DNA from: an uncultured delta proteobacterium | Lineage (GTDB): Bacteria; Desulfobacterota; Syntrophia; Syntrophales; CAMTWB01 | Direction of reading: 5' to 3' | Length of the DNA: 64,000 nt | Assembly: GCA_947085375.1 (NCBI GenBank) | Contig: CAMTWB010000005.1 | Location: 1,023 to 65,022 of the forward strand | Shown: in pieces, positions 27,654 to 36,618 of the stretch | Position numbering within the stretch: position 1 is the first letter of the stretch | How the letters are laid out: the number at the start of each line of letters is the position of its first letter | Made by a program: the position numbers and the translations under genes | The notes under the pieces: generated by a model | Told to the model about the DNA's origin: nothing | Databases searched by the model: none | The model's input: only the letters and a program-made list of their open reading frames with translations

Positions 27654-30557
27654 TCAAGTCGTTTTCGGTTTTTCTTGATTTAGCTGTGAGGGGCTCAGGT
27701 ATTCTATCCGGTCTCTGCCTCCTGCTTTGGCCCGGTAGAGGGCCTGATCAGCGGCGGCGATCAAGGCTTCGGGTTCCATTCCAGTTTGTGGCGTCACCGA
27801 GGCCACGCCAAGGCTCATGGTAACTGCTGCCCCGACATCAGAATCCGGGTGGGGCAGGGCCAGTAACTGTATACGCCGGCGTATCTCCGCTGCCACCTTC
27901 AGGGCGCCTTCCTGATCTGTGTCCGGCATGGCGGCAATGAATTCCTCCCCGCCATAGCGGGCCACCAGATCCAGCGGACGTCGCGTGGCGTCTTGCATCG
28001 CCGCGGCTACCTGGATGAGACAGCTGTCTCCGGCCTGGTGACCCAGGGCGTCGTTGTAACGCTTGAAGAAATCGATGTCTCCCATGATCAGAGAAAGGGG
28101 AGTTCCTTCGCGGGTGGCAAGTTTCCACTGCCGGTTGAAGAACTCATCGAAGTTCCTCCGGTTGGCGACCCCGGTTAAGCCGTCGACCAGAGACAAGTGC
28201 TTGAGCGTCTCTTCGTATTTTCGCTGCTCCGTCACATCGATGCCGGTGGCGATCACCAGATACGATTGACCGTCCGTGTCTTTCAATGTCGTATTGTTCC
28301 AGGCGATAATCCTGGTTTCCCCGGTCCTGGTAATAATCGGATTTTCATAGCTTAAAGGCTGTCCCTCTCCAAGCAAGGTTTGAAACGTCTCCTCCACCCC
28401 GGGCAGGTTGTCGCCTAGAATGAAGCGCTCAAACCAGTTCTTTCCCAACACCTCTTCTCTCTTCCATCCGGTGGTCTGTTCGGCATGATCATTGAAAAGG
28501 ACGATGCGGCCATCACGATCGAGAACCACGATCAGGGCCGCGGCTGTTTTCAGCACCGACTCGCTGAATTCCCGGGCCAGGCGGAGTTCCTTCGCGGCTT
28601 GGTTGCGCTCCGTTATATCGTGGGCGATAAGGAGCTGACGGGACTCGTCATCGAGGGCAATGGCCGCCGCTACCTCTTCCACCTCGACGATCGCGCCATC
28701 TTTTTTTCTGTAAGAGCGCTGGTTCTGCGCCTGAGACGGCCCGATCACGATGTCCGCCCGGGTCATTTGGCGCAGCTCCGGCGGGGAATAGCCAAGCCAC
28801 TGGTAAACGAAGCTGTTTTCCGAGAGGATCTTGCCGTCGTTTCCATCCAGGATGAAGATGGCGACGGGAACATTCTGGAATATCAACTGGAAGCGTTTTT
28901 CCGCCCCGAGCAGTTGGGCGCTTGTGGTCAGAAGTCGCTGACTGTCGATAAAAAAGACCAGAGTGACGACAACCAGTAATAACAACAGCAATATAGTTGC
29001 CAGCCGGGCCTGAACGACCGAGTCGATCGGGGTCATGATATAAATGGGCCACTGGTGAAAACTGCGAACCAGAAGATGGGGGGAGCCGTTGAAAATTACG
29101 ATGTTGCCCTGAGGTCTTGCCGACAAGAGCGCCTTCCCGGGGGTAAATTCGTATTCCCGATTGTTGGTGATAGCCATTCGGACCTCCGCGTCCAGTGGCC
29201 ACAGGGTCATCCAGCGCAGTTTTGGTTGGCTTGCCAAAAGGATGATCCCCTCCGGACTCAGATGAAACGTATAGGGATGTTTCTTCAGGAAGTATTCCGC
29301 CGATTCAATGTTCTTTACCATGAGCAGGGCGCCCTTGATATCGCCGTTCTGGCAGCGAACGGGGAATGCCGTCCAGTAGCTGGGGGATTCCCGCGTCTGG
29401 TCGAAAGTGATGCGATAGCCGCGGCTTCCCGACAAGGCGTATGCCAGAACGGGAATAGTTGGATCAAGCTTGCTTATGCCTCGATCCAGCCGCAATTCAG
29501 AGGAGGCAATAACCGCACCCTCTGAATCCAAGAGCAGGCATTTTTCCAGACGATAGCTCGACTTGGCGTGGAGCAGGTCTTCCGCGGCCTGCTTAAGCGC
29601 GTTTTTATCCTGTTCGGTTATGGCTTTTTTAATGGATGTCATATTAGACAAGAGCATCGCCCCCTGGTTGACGCCATCCAGTACGCCCCCCAGGTGATCC
29701 GACATCAAATCGGTGTCAAGCCGGGTGCTTTCAATTTTTTCTTGCAGGAAATAACGGCCGGTATAATTGGTTAGCCACCAGCCGCCTGCGATAATGAAGA
29801 TTACAATTAAAACTGAGGTGTAAAAATAGCTACTTGACTTGCGGCTTAAGTAAACGGACAGTTGGGACAATTCGACCCGGGCGAAGGTAAGCTGCGAGAA
29901 GGAAAAGGCGATCCACATGGCTGTGAGGCCGCTGAGAAATAGATAAACCAAAGTAAAATTGATCTGCGGTATGGGGGCCAAGAGGGGAAAAATGGGTAGT
30001 GGCGCCCTGCCAGTCAGGCCGGGCAGAAAACGGGCGGCAAAAAGAAGCCCCTGAACCAGGAAAAGAATGCCTGCGGCAATCAACCAAAACCGCTCTGTCT
30101 TTTTGACCTTGCCACCGGCTTGCCAGAAGGCGATGGCCGCGCCAACAGAAACAATGGCGCCCGGGAAACTGTCAATTGCCACCTCTAAAACAGCTGGCCC
30201 GTTATAGGCGGCGCTCATAGTAACAGCCGTAAGCGGTAAAAGCACAAGCCAGCGTCCGGGCTTGCGGCCGGACGGAAGTTTAATTGTCCGGTGGGCGAAT
30301 TCGCCAAGACATAAAAAACCTGCCAGCGCAAGGGAGCTTTGGACTATCTTAATGATTAAAGGAGAATCAAAGAGCGGGCCGGCCAGAGCAAGGAGGCAAC
30401 CCAGGCTGTAAAACAGGGCGAAGATGGCGATCAAGCCCCAGGGCATATCCCGGCGTCCCTGCCGCAAGAGCGGGAAACAGGCCGCAGCCAGGATGACAAA
30501 CGAAATCCCTTGAAAAAAGGTCAGATAGTCCGAAGATATGTAAAACAATGATTGCAC
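27654..30557 (-). CDS. Membrane sensor diguanylate cyclase (multi-TM N-domain, periplasmic Cache-like region, 2 PAS, GGDEF)
   Basis: 967 aa with about 8 N-terminal TM helices. PAS-like segments and a C-terminal GGDEF domain with RYGGEEF. Confidence 0.85.
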   Translation of the reverse strand: MQSLFYISSDYLTFFQGISFVILAAACFPLLRQGRRDMPWGLIAIFALFYSLGCLLALAGPLFDSPLIIKIVQSSLALAGFLCLGEFAHRTIKLPSGRKPGRWLVLLPLTAVTMSAAYNGPAVLEVAIDSFPGAIVSVGAAIAFWQAGGKVKKTERFWLIAAGILFLVQGLLFAARFLPGLTGRAPLPIFPLLAPIPQINFTLVYLFLSGLTAMWIAFSFSQLTFARVELSQLSVYLSRKSSSYFYTSVLIVIFIIAGGWWLTNYTGRYFLQEKIESTRLDTDLMSDHLGGVLDGVNQGAMLLSNMTSIKKAITEQDKNALKQAAEDLLHAKSSYRLEKCLLLDSEGAVIASSELRLDRGISKLDPTIPVLAYALSGSRGYRITFDQTRESPSYWTAFPVRCQNGDIKGALLMVKNIESAEYFLKKHPYTFHLSPEGIILLASQPKLRWMTLWPLDAEVRMAITNNREYEFTPGKALLSARPQGNIVIFNGSPHLLVRSFHQWPIYIMTPIDSVVQARLATILLLLLLVVVTLVFFIDSQRLLTTSAQLLGAEKRFQLIFQNVPVAIFILDGNDGKILSENSFVYQWLGYSPPELRQMTRADIVIGPSQAQNQRSYRKKDGAIVEVEEVAAAIALDDESRQLLIAHDITERNQAAKELRLAREFSESVLKTAAALIVVLDRDGRIVLFNDHAEQTTGWKREEVLGKNWFERFILGDNLPGVEETFQTLLGEGQPLSYENPIITRTGETRIIAWNNTTLKDTDGQSYLVIATGIDVTEQRKYEETLKHLSLVDGLTGVANRRNFDEFFNRQWKLATREGTPLSLIMGDIDFFKRYNDALGHQAGDSCLIQVAAAMQDATRRPLDLVARYGGEEFIAAMPDTDQEGALKVAAEIRRRIQLLALPHPDSDVGAAVTMSLGVASVTPQTGMEPEALIAAADQALYRAKAGGRDRIEYLSPSQLNQEKPKTT

Positions 30558-30775
30558 TGTTCATCCGTTTTGGAGGCTTGGGGTGGACTTACTATGGTTC
30601 AGGATGCTTTTGGTGCTGGAAAAGGCTCGTGCGAGGAAGTTTTCGCGGGTCTTGCCCAAACGGACCTCCATCTTATCCCTCTTTGATGCAGCATAATCTC
30701 TCTTTTTCCGGGATTTATTACACTTTATTCCCCCGGCGGTCAATGCTTAAAAGTAACAGGGGTTAGGTTTACTTC

Positions 30776-30804
30776 TTGACAAGTTACGGCAAAACAAATA
30801 CGCT
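30776..30804 (+). promoter_or_regulatory. Putative sigma70-type promoter for the MBL-fold gene
   Basis: TTGACA (30776-30781), 17-nt spacer, TACGCT (30799-30804). It lies about 55 nt upstream of the ATG. Sequence match only. Confidence 0.3.
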
Positions 30805-30857
30805 CCCGCAAAACTCATCCCGCGGAGCAGGCGCATCCTGCTCATTCCGGAGGATCT

Positions 30858-31697
30858 ATGCTTGTACGCTGCTGGGGTGCCCGGGGCTCGATCCCTGTTT
30901 CAGGTCCTGAGTACCTCCAATATGGAGGTGATACCACCTGTATTGAGATTAGAACCAGACAGAATGACGTCATTATTATTGACGCGGGTTCAGGGATCAG
31001 GAGACTGGGCAAGAGGCTGGTAGCCGAGGGTCGGAAAAACTTGTTTCTCCTTTTTACCCATGCCCACTGGGATCACCTCCTGGGTTTTCCTTTTTTCGAG
31101 CCCATCTACCGCAGTGAAAGCACGATCACCATCTATGGCTGTAACTTTATGGGGGACTCGGTAAAATCAACCCTCTCTCCCACGATGAAACCACCCCATT
31201 TCCCGGTTCATTATGAGGATATCAGTGCCGGTATCACCCACCTTGATGCTTGTGGAAATGTCTTTGAGATCGGTTCCGTCGAGATTTCCACCATTCCCTT
31301 GAGTCATCCCAATCAGGGTGTCGGCTATAAGTTTGTTGAAGATGGCAAAACCCTGGTTTTTTTGACGGACAATGAGCTTGCCTATCGTCATGACTTCTCG
31401 CTGGGATTCGATGATTACCTGGCCTTTTCCCAGGGGGCGGACCTGCTCATCCATGACGCCGAATACAATCGGGCCGTGTATAACCAGAGAATCTCCTGGG
31501 GGCATTCCTGCTACGAGGACGCCCTGGATTTGGCAAGGCGGGCCGGGGTGAGGAAGCTGGGACTGTTCCATCACAATCAGGATTCCTCTGATGCCACGGT
31601 AAATTCCTATCTGGAAGACTGCCGGCGGCTGATCCGGGAAGACGGAAAGAAACTGGCCTGTTTCGCCCTTTATCAGGGGTGGGAAGGGGAATTGTAA
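30858..31697 (+). CDS. MBL-fold metallo-hydrolase
   Basis: HAHWDH metal-binding motif. 279 aa. Confidence 0.8.
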   Translation: MLVRCWGARGSIPVSGPEYLQYGGDTTCIEIRTRQNDVIIIDAGSGIRRLGKRLVAEGRKNLFLLFTHAHWDHLLGFPFFEPIYRSESTITIYGCNFMGDSVKSTLSPTMKPPHFPVHYEDISAGITHLDACGNVFEIGSVEISTIPLSHPNQGVGYKFVEDGKTLVFLTDNELAYRHDFSLGFDDYLAFSQGADLLIHDAEYNRAVYNQRISWGHSCYEDALDLARRAGVRKLGLFHHNQDSSDATVNSYLEDCRRLIREDGKKLACFALYQGWEGEL

Positions 31698-31752
31698 AAA
31701 CCTTTTTAGAAGCACCACCGTGACCTAAGGTAGGCACCAGGGAAACAGAGGG

Positions 31753-32008
31753 ATGGATAAGTCTCCACTACCGGCAGAAATAGTCGATTTTCACGTTCAT
31801 CTTTTTCCTGATCGACTTTCTGGAGGAACATCGGCTACGTATTCTCTACGGGTCCGATTTTCCCAATGTCCTCTTCCCCCGGGAAACGGAGATCGATACC
31901 CTGGTTGGGTTCGGGCTGACGGATGAGTTTTATCGGCGGGTGTTTTCCGAAAATGCCCGGGATTTGATCGGGAAATGCTCCGGGATGGCAAAAAAGACGA
32001 ACTGTTAA
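31753..32008 (+). pseudogene. Internally deleted, frameshifted amidohydrolase remnant
   Basis: Frame 1 gives an amidohydrolase N-terminus MDKSPLPAEIVDFHVHLFPD. A different frame (31784-32008) gives a typical C-terminus FLEEHRLRILYGSDFPNV...FSENARDLIG. The ~250 aa in between are missing. Confidence 0.65.
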
Positions 32009-32021
32009 AAAGGAGATAGCG

Positions 32022-32366
32022 TTAGCTTTGCCCCGCCCGATCGTAGTCATCCCTGATCCGTTCAATGTCGTCCTCGCCAAAGTAACTGCCGGTCTGGATT
32101 TCAATGATGGTCAAGTTTGCCTCCCCGGGGTTATGTATGCGGTGAAGGGCGCCTGCGGCGATGTTGATGGACTGGCCGGCCTGAAGGTGATAATCCGCAC
32201 CGTCGAGGGTTGCCAGCGCCAATCCGGAGATAACGTACCAATGTTCCTCTCGGAGCCGGTGCCGTTGCAGACTGAGCCGGTGGCCAGGATTGACGACCAG
32301 GCGCTTTACCTTGAAGTCATCTGATTCGGCCAGTATCTCGAAGAACCCCCAGGGCCTTGAAACCAT
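32022..32366 (-). CDS. Cupin-domain protein (type II phosphomannose isomerase C-terminal-like)
   Basis: RPWGFFEIL...KRLVVNPGHRLSLQRHRLREEHWYVISG is the characteristic cupin motif of this family. Confidence 0.75.
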   Translation of the reverse strand: MVSRPWGFFEILAESDDFKVKRLVVNPGHRLSLQRHRLREEHWYVISGLALATLDGADYHLQAGQSINIAAGALHRIHNPGEANLTIIEIQTGSYFGEDDIERIRDDYDRAGQS

Positions 32367-32430
32367 AAATATTCACCTCCCGCAAAGGACATGGGGTGAC
32401 AAGGCGCCATTTAATGGGTGCCCCATGTTG

Positions 32431-32946
32431 TTATTTTAATGAAGTGGCCACGTATGTCGGGGCGGTCTTCGGGGACTTGCCGCCCTTCACCTGATGGTAA
32501 TAGGCATAGGTCATGGGTTCCTCATTACCGATTATTTCCGCCCCCACCAGCTCGCCCAGAAAAATGCTGTGGCTGCCGCAATCGAGCTCGGCTTTAACTA
32601 TGGCGTCGAAATAGGCGATGCCATGATCCAAAACAATGGGGACGCCAGTCTGATCGGTCTTGAAGTTGACGCCCTCAAATTTGTCCATGTCCCGGCCGCA
32701 CCGGAAGCCAAAACGGCCAATATAGGTCATCGGTGTGGACTGGGCCAGAACCGTAACGGCAAACAGGCCGCACCCCTTGATGAGTTCATGGGTGTAGTTG
32801 GCCTTGTTGATGCTTACCGCCAGTTGGGCAGGCTCGGAGGTCACCTGAAAGACCGTATTGGCGATCTGGCCATTGGCCTTGCCGGCTTGTCCTGATGTGA
32901 CCACATATAACCCGTAACTGAGTTTGAAACAGGCTGACTTGTTCAA
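32431..32946 (-). CDS. Flavin reductase-like FMN-binding protein
   Basis: 171 aa. FKLSYGLYVVTS and a split-barrel-like pattern are typical of flavin reductase domain proteins. Confidence 0.7.
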   Translation of the reverse strand: MNKSACFKLSYGLYVVTSGQAGKANGQIANTVFQVTSEPAQLAVSINKANYTHELIKGCGLFAVTVLAQSTPMTYIGRFGFRCGRDMDKFEGVNFKTDQTGVPIVLDHGIAYFDAIVKAELDCGSHSIFLGELVGAEIIGNEEPMTYAYYHQVKGGKSPKTAPTYVATSLK

Positions 32947-32968
32947 TTTAGTCTCCTTATTTTAGCCA

Positions 32969-33226
32969 TTACTCTTCAAAGACCATCTTTTTAACCACCA
33001 CTCCCGGTATCTTTTTCAGCTTGGACTCCATTTCTCTGATTGTCTCCGGGATGCCGCAACACTCCATCAGCAACAGCCCCAATGTATTCTTTTGGGAGTC
33101 TTCCGGCTCGTGGAGACCCAAGCGTGTCTTGATGCTGCGGCTGTATTCGTTCAGTATCTTCTGTACCTCAAGTGGACTTACGATCTGTTTGGTTACCTGG
33201 AGACCGAGGATAATTCTCTTCTGCAT
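32969..33226 (-). CDS. Small ACT-like protein resembling the TM1266-type regulator family (tentative)
   Basis: 85 aa. The pattern VQKILNEYSRSI...LLLMEC...KLKKIPGVVVKKMVF parallels TM1266-family proteins as I recall them. Confidence 0.4.
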   Translation of the reverse strand: MQKRIILGLQVTKQIVSPLEVQKILNEYSRSIKTRLGLHEPEDSQKNTLGLLLMECCGIPETIREMESKLKKIPGVVVKKMVFEE

Positions 33227-33305
33227 TTTCCCTCCCGGCTGGGTTGTAATAAGTTACGCAGGCAATACCTTATGAGTTCACGTCAGCATTAACTTGCCGC
33301 CCGTG

Positions 33306-33827
33306 CTAATGTCCCGATTCCGGGTGGTCGGCGACCCGGGAGTGCTTGGACATGATGCTTGTCGCGAAGTGCTGGGCATCCTGGAGGTCCGATTCGTTCG
33401 GATGTCCCTGGGCGCCCTGGGCCTCCTGTGCCCAGCCCTGGTGCTCCGGCTTTTGCATTAAGGCTTCAATCAGCGATGCTTCCACCCGGCCACGACTGCC
33501 GAAGTGTCCCAGTACCTTTACCTTGGCGGCCAGCCCAAAGGCGTGTTCGAAAGCCTGCTTGGGAAGTTGACCGCCGCGCAGTGAACCATGGGTGGAGAAG
33601 AAAGCGATATGTTTTCCGGCCGGGAGCCTGCTGATAAAGCTCTGCGCCGGCAGCGGCACGGAATGGGCCTGTACTGGAAAGCCGATGAAGATGAGATCGT
33701 AGGCGGAGACGTCATCAATTTTATCAATAGTCTTGATATCCTTGTCGGCATCAATGATGTCGTAAATCGCCTGGGCTAATTTCTCCGTATTCTTCGTTTT
33801 CGAGTAGTAGGCTACCAGGACCTTCAT
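33306..33827 (-). CDS. Flavodoxin-family protein
   Basis: MKVLVAYYSKTKNTEKLA FMN-phosphate-binding N-terminus. 173 aa. Confidence 0.8.
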   Translation of the reverse strand: MKVLVAYYSKTKNTEKLAQAIYDIIDADKDIKTIDKIDDVSAYDLIFIGFPVQAHSVPLPAQSFISRLPAGKHIAFFSTHGSLRGGQLPKQAFEHAFGLAAKVKVLGHFGSRGRVEASLIEALMQKPEHQGWAQEAQGAQGHPNESDLQDAQHFATSIMSKHSRVADHPESGH

Positions 33828-33895
33828 GTCACCACCTCCGTATGATTTTGTGTGTGTCCGATATTAAAAAAACTGGCGAATTGCAAGCCAATATT

Positions 33896-34078
33896 GGGTC
33901 TGCTGCAAAAATGTTGGTATTCTGTTCTTGCAGAGACTTATCCCCCCTTTCCCAAAGGGGGGCAGGGGGGATTTATAATAAAAGCAAGAGGTTATTTATT
34001 ATCCGTCAAATCTCCCCCAACCCCTCTTTTCTAAAGAGGGGAGAAAAACCGCCCAACCCATAATTTTGTCGCACACCC
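33896..34078. mobile_element. Family A MITE-like element, unexpanded copy
   Basis: Collinear with 9585-9916 but with one CCCCCCTTTCCCAAAGGGGGGCAGGGGGG core. The right end CATAATTTTGTCGCACACCC (34059-34078) matches the other copy's right end. The left end is more diverged. Confidence 0.7.
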
Positions 34079-34087
34079 GCTAATATT

Positions 34088-34275
34088 GATGACTTCGTAA
34101 AAAGTCTTTTCTGCGGTTCGACAGGCTCACCACGAACGGAATAAAGTAAATGATTTCAACTTGACCATCGTTCGCCCTGAGTCCTGAGCTTGCCGAAGGG
34201 TCGAAGGGTGATTTATGACTTTTTACCGCTTCATCAATATTCATCCCGGACTTTTTACGAAGTTACCAATCGTCC
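34088..34275 (+). mobile_element. Family B element, variant interior (copy 7)
   Basis: Termini GATGACTTCGTAAAAAGTC (34088-34106) and GACTTTTTACCGCTTCATC (34217-34235), plus an extra half-site to 34275. The interior is replaced by a TCGACAGGCTCACCACGAACGG ... GTTCGCCCTGAG..GCCGAAGGGTCGAAGGG module. AATATT occurs on both flanks. Confidence 0.7.
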
Positions 34276-34292
34276 CTACAGTGCCAATCGGC

Positions 34293-35069
34293 TCAGCTGA
34301 CTATCCTGGATTTCAACAGTCCCCCGTTGATGGCGCCGGAAAAACCGGCGGCCAACTCCAGCCTCAGGGCGGTAATCTCTTCCTCTGGGAGCATCTCACC
34401 CCTCATGATTTGTGGCAGCCTGTCGGCCAGTTCTTTTGCCCGGGGCAGAAAGGGGAATTCGCCCAGGTACCTGTCGCCCAGATAACTTTGAAAGTATTCC
34501 CGGTTGATTTTCTTTACCGCATCCGGTTGGCCGTCTAAGTCATTGAGGATCACCCCCAGCGTTTCAATTCCCCGGCCGTCAAGCGCCTCCAGGGTCAAGA
34601 GGGTATGATTGATGGTTCCCAGCCGATTGGGCGCCACCAGCAGGGTCGAAAGTTTCAGATCGGCTATCAGATCGATATTGAATATCTTCTCCTCCAGAGG
34701 AACCAGTACGCCGCCTGCCCCCTCCAAAAGAAAAAAGTGATCTCCCCGGAGATAATCTTGGATTATTGGGAGCACTTTAGCATAATTCAACGGGTTATTA
34801 TCAAGAAAAGAACTCTGGTAGGGCGCCAGGGGGAGCGAGTAGCGAAAGGGCACAATTTCCTCGATTGGTTCCCGAAGGCGAAGCAAAAGCCGGTAGAGAG
34901 TGCCATCTTGGGGAAGTAATTTTTGATTTACCCTGGGACAGCCTGTTTCGAACGGCTTGACCACCCGGATGGGAAGGCCAGCTTCCTGCAGATAAATGCC
35001 GAGGGCGACCCCAACCATGGTTTTACCAGCCCCGGTGTCGGCACCGATGACAAAAACACCCCTCATCAA
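34293..35069 (-). CDS. bioD: Dethiobiotin synthase
   Basis: P-loop GADTGAGKT. The start overlaps the bioA stop. Confidence 0.88.
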   Translation of the reverse strand: MMRGVFVIGADTGAGKTMVGVALGIYLQEAGLPIRVVKPFETGCPRVNQKLLPQDGTLYRLLLRLREPIEEIVPFRYSLPLAPYQSSFLDNNPLNYAKVLPIIQDYLRGDHFFLLEGAGGVLVPLEEKIFNIDLIADLKLSTLLVAPNRLGTINHTLLTLEALDGRGIETLGVILNDLDGQPDAVKKINREYFQSYLGDRYLGEFPFLPRAKELADRLPQIMRGEMLPEEEITALRLELAAGFSGAINGGLLKSRIVS

Positions 35070-36427
35070 CGACTCCTTTCGTAACTCTGAATTGACCGGT
35101 AGGTGATGTCTAAAAGCTTTTTAAGCTCTCTTGCGCTAATAGCCAGTGGCGGCATCAGCACAATCACATTTCCCAAGGGTCTTAAGATTGCGCCCAGTTG
35201 GCGGGCCTTTAGTATTACCTTCACTCCTGCCTGCTCTTGGAGGGGAATTTCGGCTCGGCTGTCCCTGTGGGCGGTAAGCTCGATTCCCACCATGAGACCC
35301 TTTTGCCTTATATCGCCGACAATTTCCAGTTCCATAAAACGCTTGAGTCCTGCCGCCATAAGGTCACTCAGTTCCAAAAGCCGGTCCAGGAAGTCTCTTT
35401 TGCGCAAAAGCCTGATGTTCTCCCGGGCCACCTCACAGGCCAGGGGGTTGGCCGTATAGGTATGGCCGTGAAAAAAAGTCTTGGTCTTTTCGTATTCCCC
35501 CAAAAAGGCCTCATATATCTTTTCGCCGACCAGCGTGGCGGCCAGGGGTAAATACCCACCGGTAATTCCCTTGGCCAGTGCCATCAGGTCCGGCGAGACT
35601 CCAGAATGTTCCGCAGCGAACATTCTGCCGGTGCGGCCGAAACCGGTCGCCACCTCGTCAAAAATCAGCAGGGTCTGATGGACGTCGCAAATTTCTCGGA
35701 CCCGGCGGACAAAACCCGCAGGCTGGGTTATCATGCCGGCCGCGCCCTGCACTTCCGGCTCCAGGATGACCGCCGCAATTTCGTCCGATTTTTCCTTAAG
35801 CAGCCGATCCAGTCTGTTTAGACAGGCCAAGCGGCAGTCGGGAAATGTTTTTTCTATCGGGCAGCGCCAGCAGCAGGGACAATGGGCGCGGTAGGTTGGA
35901 AAAAGGAGGGGATTAAATATCTGATGGAACAAATCAATGCCGCCCAGGCTGACTGCCCCGATGGTGTCGCCGTGATAGGCATTGGTAAAGGTTACAAAAC
36001 TGGTTTTGTTTTTTCCCTGAAACTGCCAATATTGGAAGGCCATTTTCAGGGCTATTTCTACCGCGGTGGAACCGTTGTCGGAGTAAAAAACCTTGCTTAA
36101 GCCGGCGGGGGCGATGCTGATCAGATCGGCGGCCAGCTGAATCGCCGGCACGTTGGAAAGGCCCAAAAAGGTGGAGTGGGCGACCCGGCTAAGCTGCCTC
36201 CTTACGGCCCGATCCAGCTCGCCTTTACGATGGCCGTGGACATTTACCCACAGGGAAGATACGCCATCGAGGTACCTGTTGCCATCGGTGTCGTACAGAT
36301 ATGATCCCCTGGCCCTTGCAATGACCAGAAAATCCATCCGCCGCCAGTCCTGCATCTGGGTAAAGGGGTGCCAGATATATTTTCTGTCCAGCTCTCTCAA
36401 ATCTTCGGTGTTTGTCAAGTCATTCAT
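35066..36427 (-). CDS. bioA: Adenosylmethionine-8-amino-7-oxononanoate aminotransferase
   Basis: Class III aminotransferase motifs ([12 protein letters not shown]) in bio operon context. 453 aa. Confidence 0.9.
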   Translation of the reverse strand: MNDLTNTEDLRELDRKYIWHPFTQMQDWRRMDFLVIARARGSYLYDTDGNRYLDGVSSLWVNVHGHRKGELDRAVRRQLSRVAHSTFLGLSNVPAIQLAADLISIAPAGLSKVFYSDNGSTAVEIALKMAFQYWQFQGKNKTSFVTFTNAYHGDTIGAVSLGGIDLFHQIFNPLLFPTYRAHCPCCWRCPIEKTFPDCRLACLNRLDRLLKEKSDEIAAVILEPEVQGAAGMITQPAGFVRRVREICDVHQTLLIFDEVATGFGRTGRMFAAEHSGVSPDLMALAKGITGGYLPLAATLVGEKIYEAFLGEYEKTKTFFHGHTYTANPLACEVARENIRLLRKRDFLDRLLELSDLMAAGLKRFMELEIVGDIRQKGLMVGIELTAHRDSRAEIPLQEQAGVKVILKARQLGAILRPLGNVIVLMPPLAISARELKKLLDITYRSIQSYERSR

Positions 36428-36440
36428 ATTCCAACCTTGA

Positions 36441-36618
36441 CGACTTCGTAAAAAGTCCGGATGCGGTGTTGCGCTAAATCCCTCCCCCGCCTTCGCGGGG
36501 GCAGGCTTGCGGCGTACCCGGAAGTACGCCTCATTCCTTGTGATTTGCGCGCCTTGCCTGCGAATTTTTTACAAAGCCGCCCCCAAGCTTACGTTTTGCC
36601 GACTTTTTACCGCTTCAG
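36441..36618 (+). mobile_element. Family B element, copy 2, inserted between bioF and bioA
   Basis: Termini CGACTTCGTAAAAAGTCCGG and GACTTTTTACCGCTTCAG, with an extra CCCCCGCCTTCGCGGGGG hairpin in the centre. Perfect 9-bp direct repeat CAACCTTGA at 36432-36440 and 36619-36627. Confidence 0.85.
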
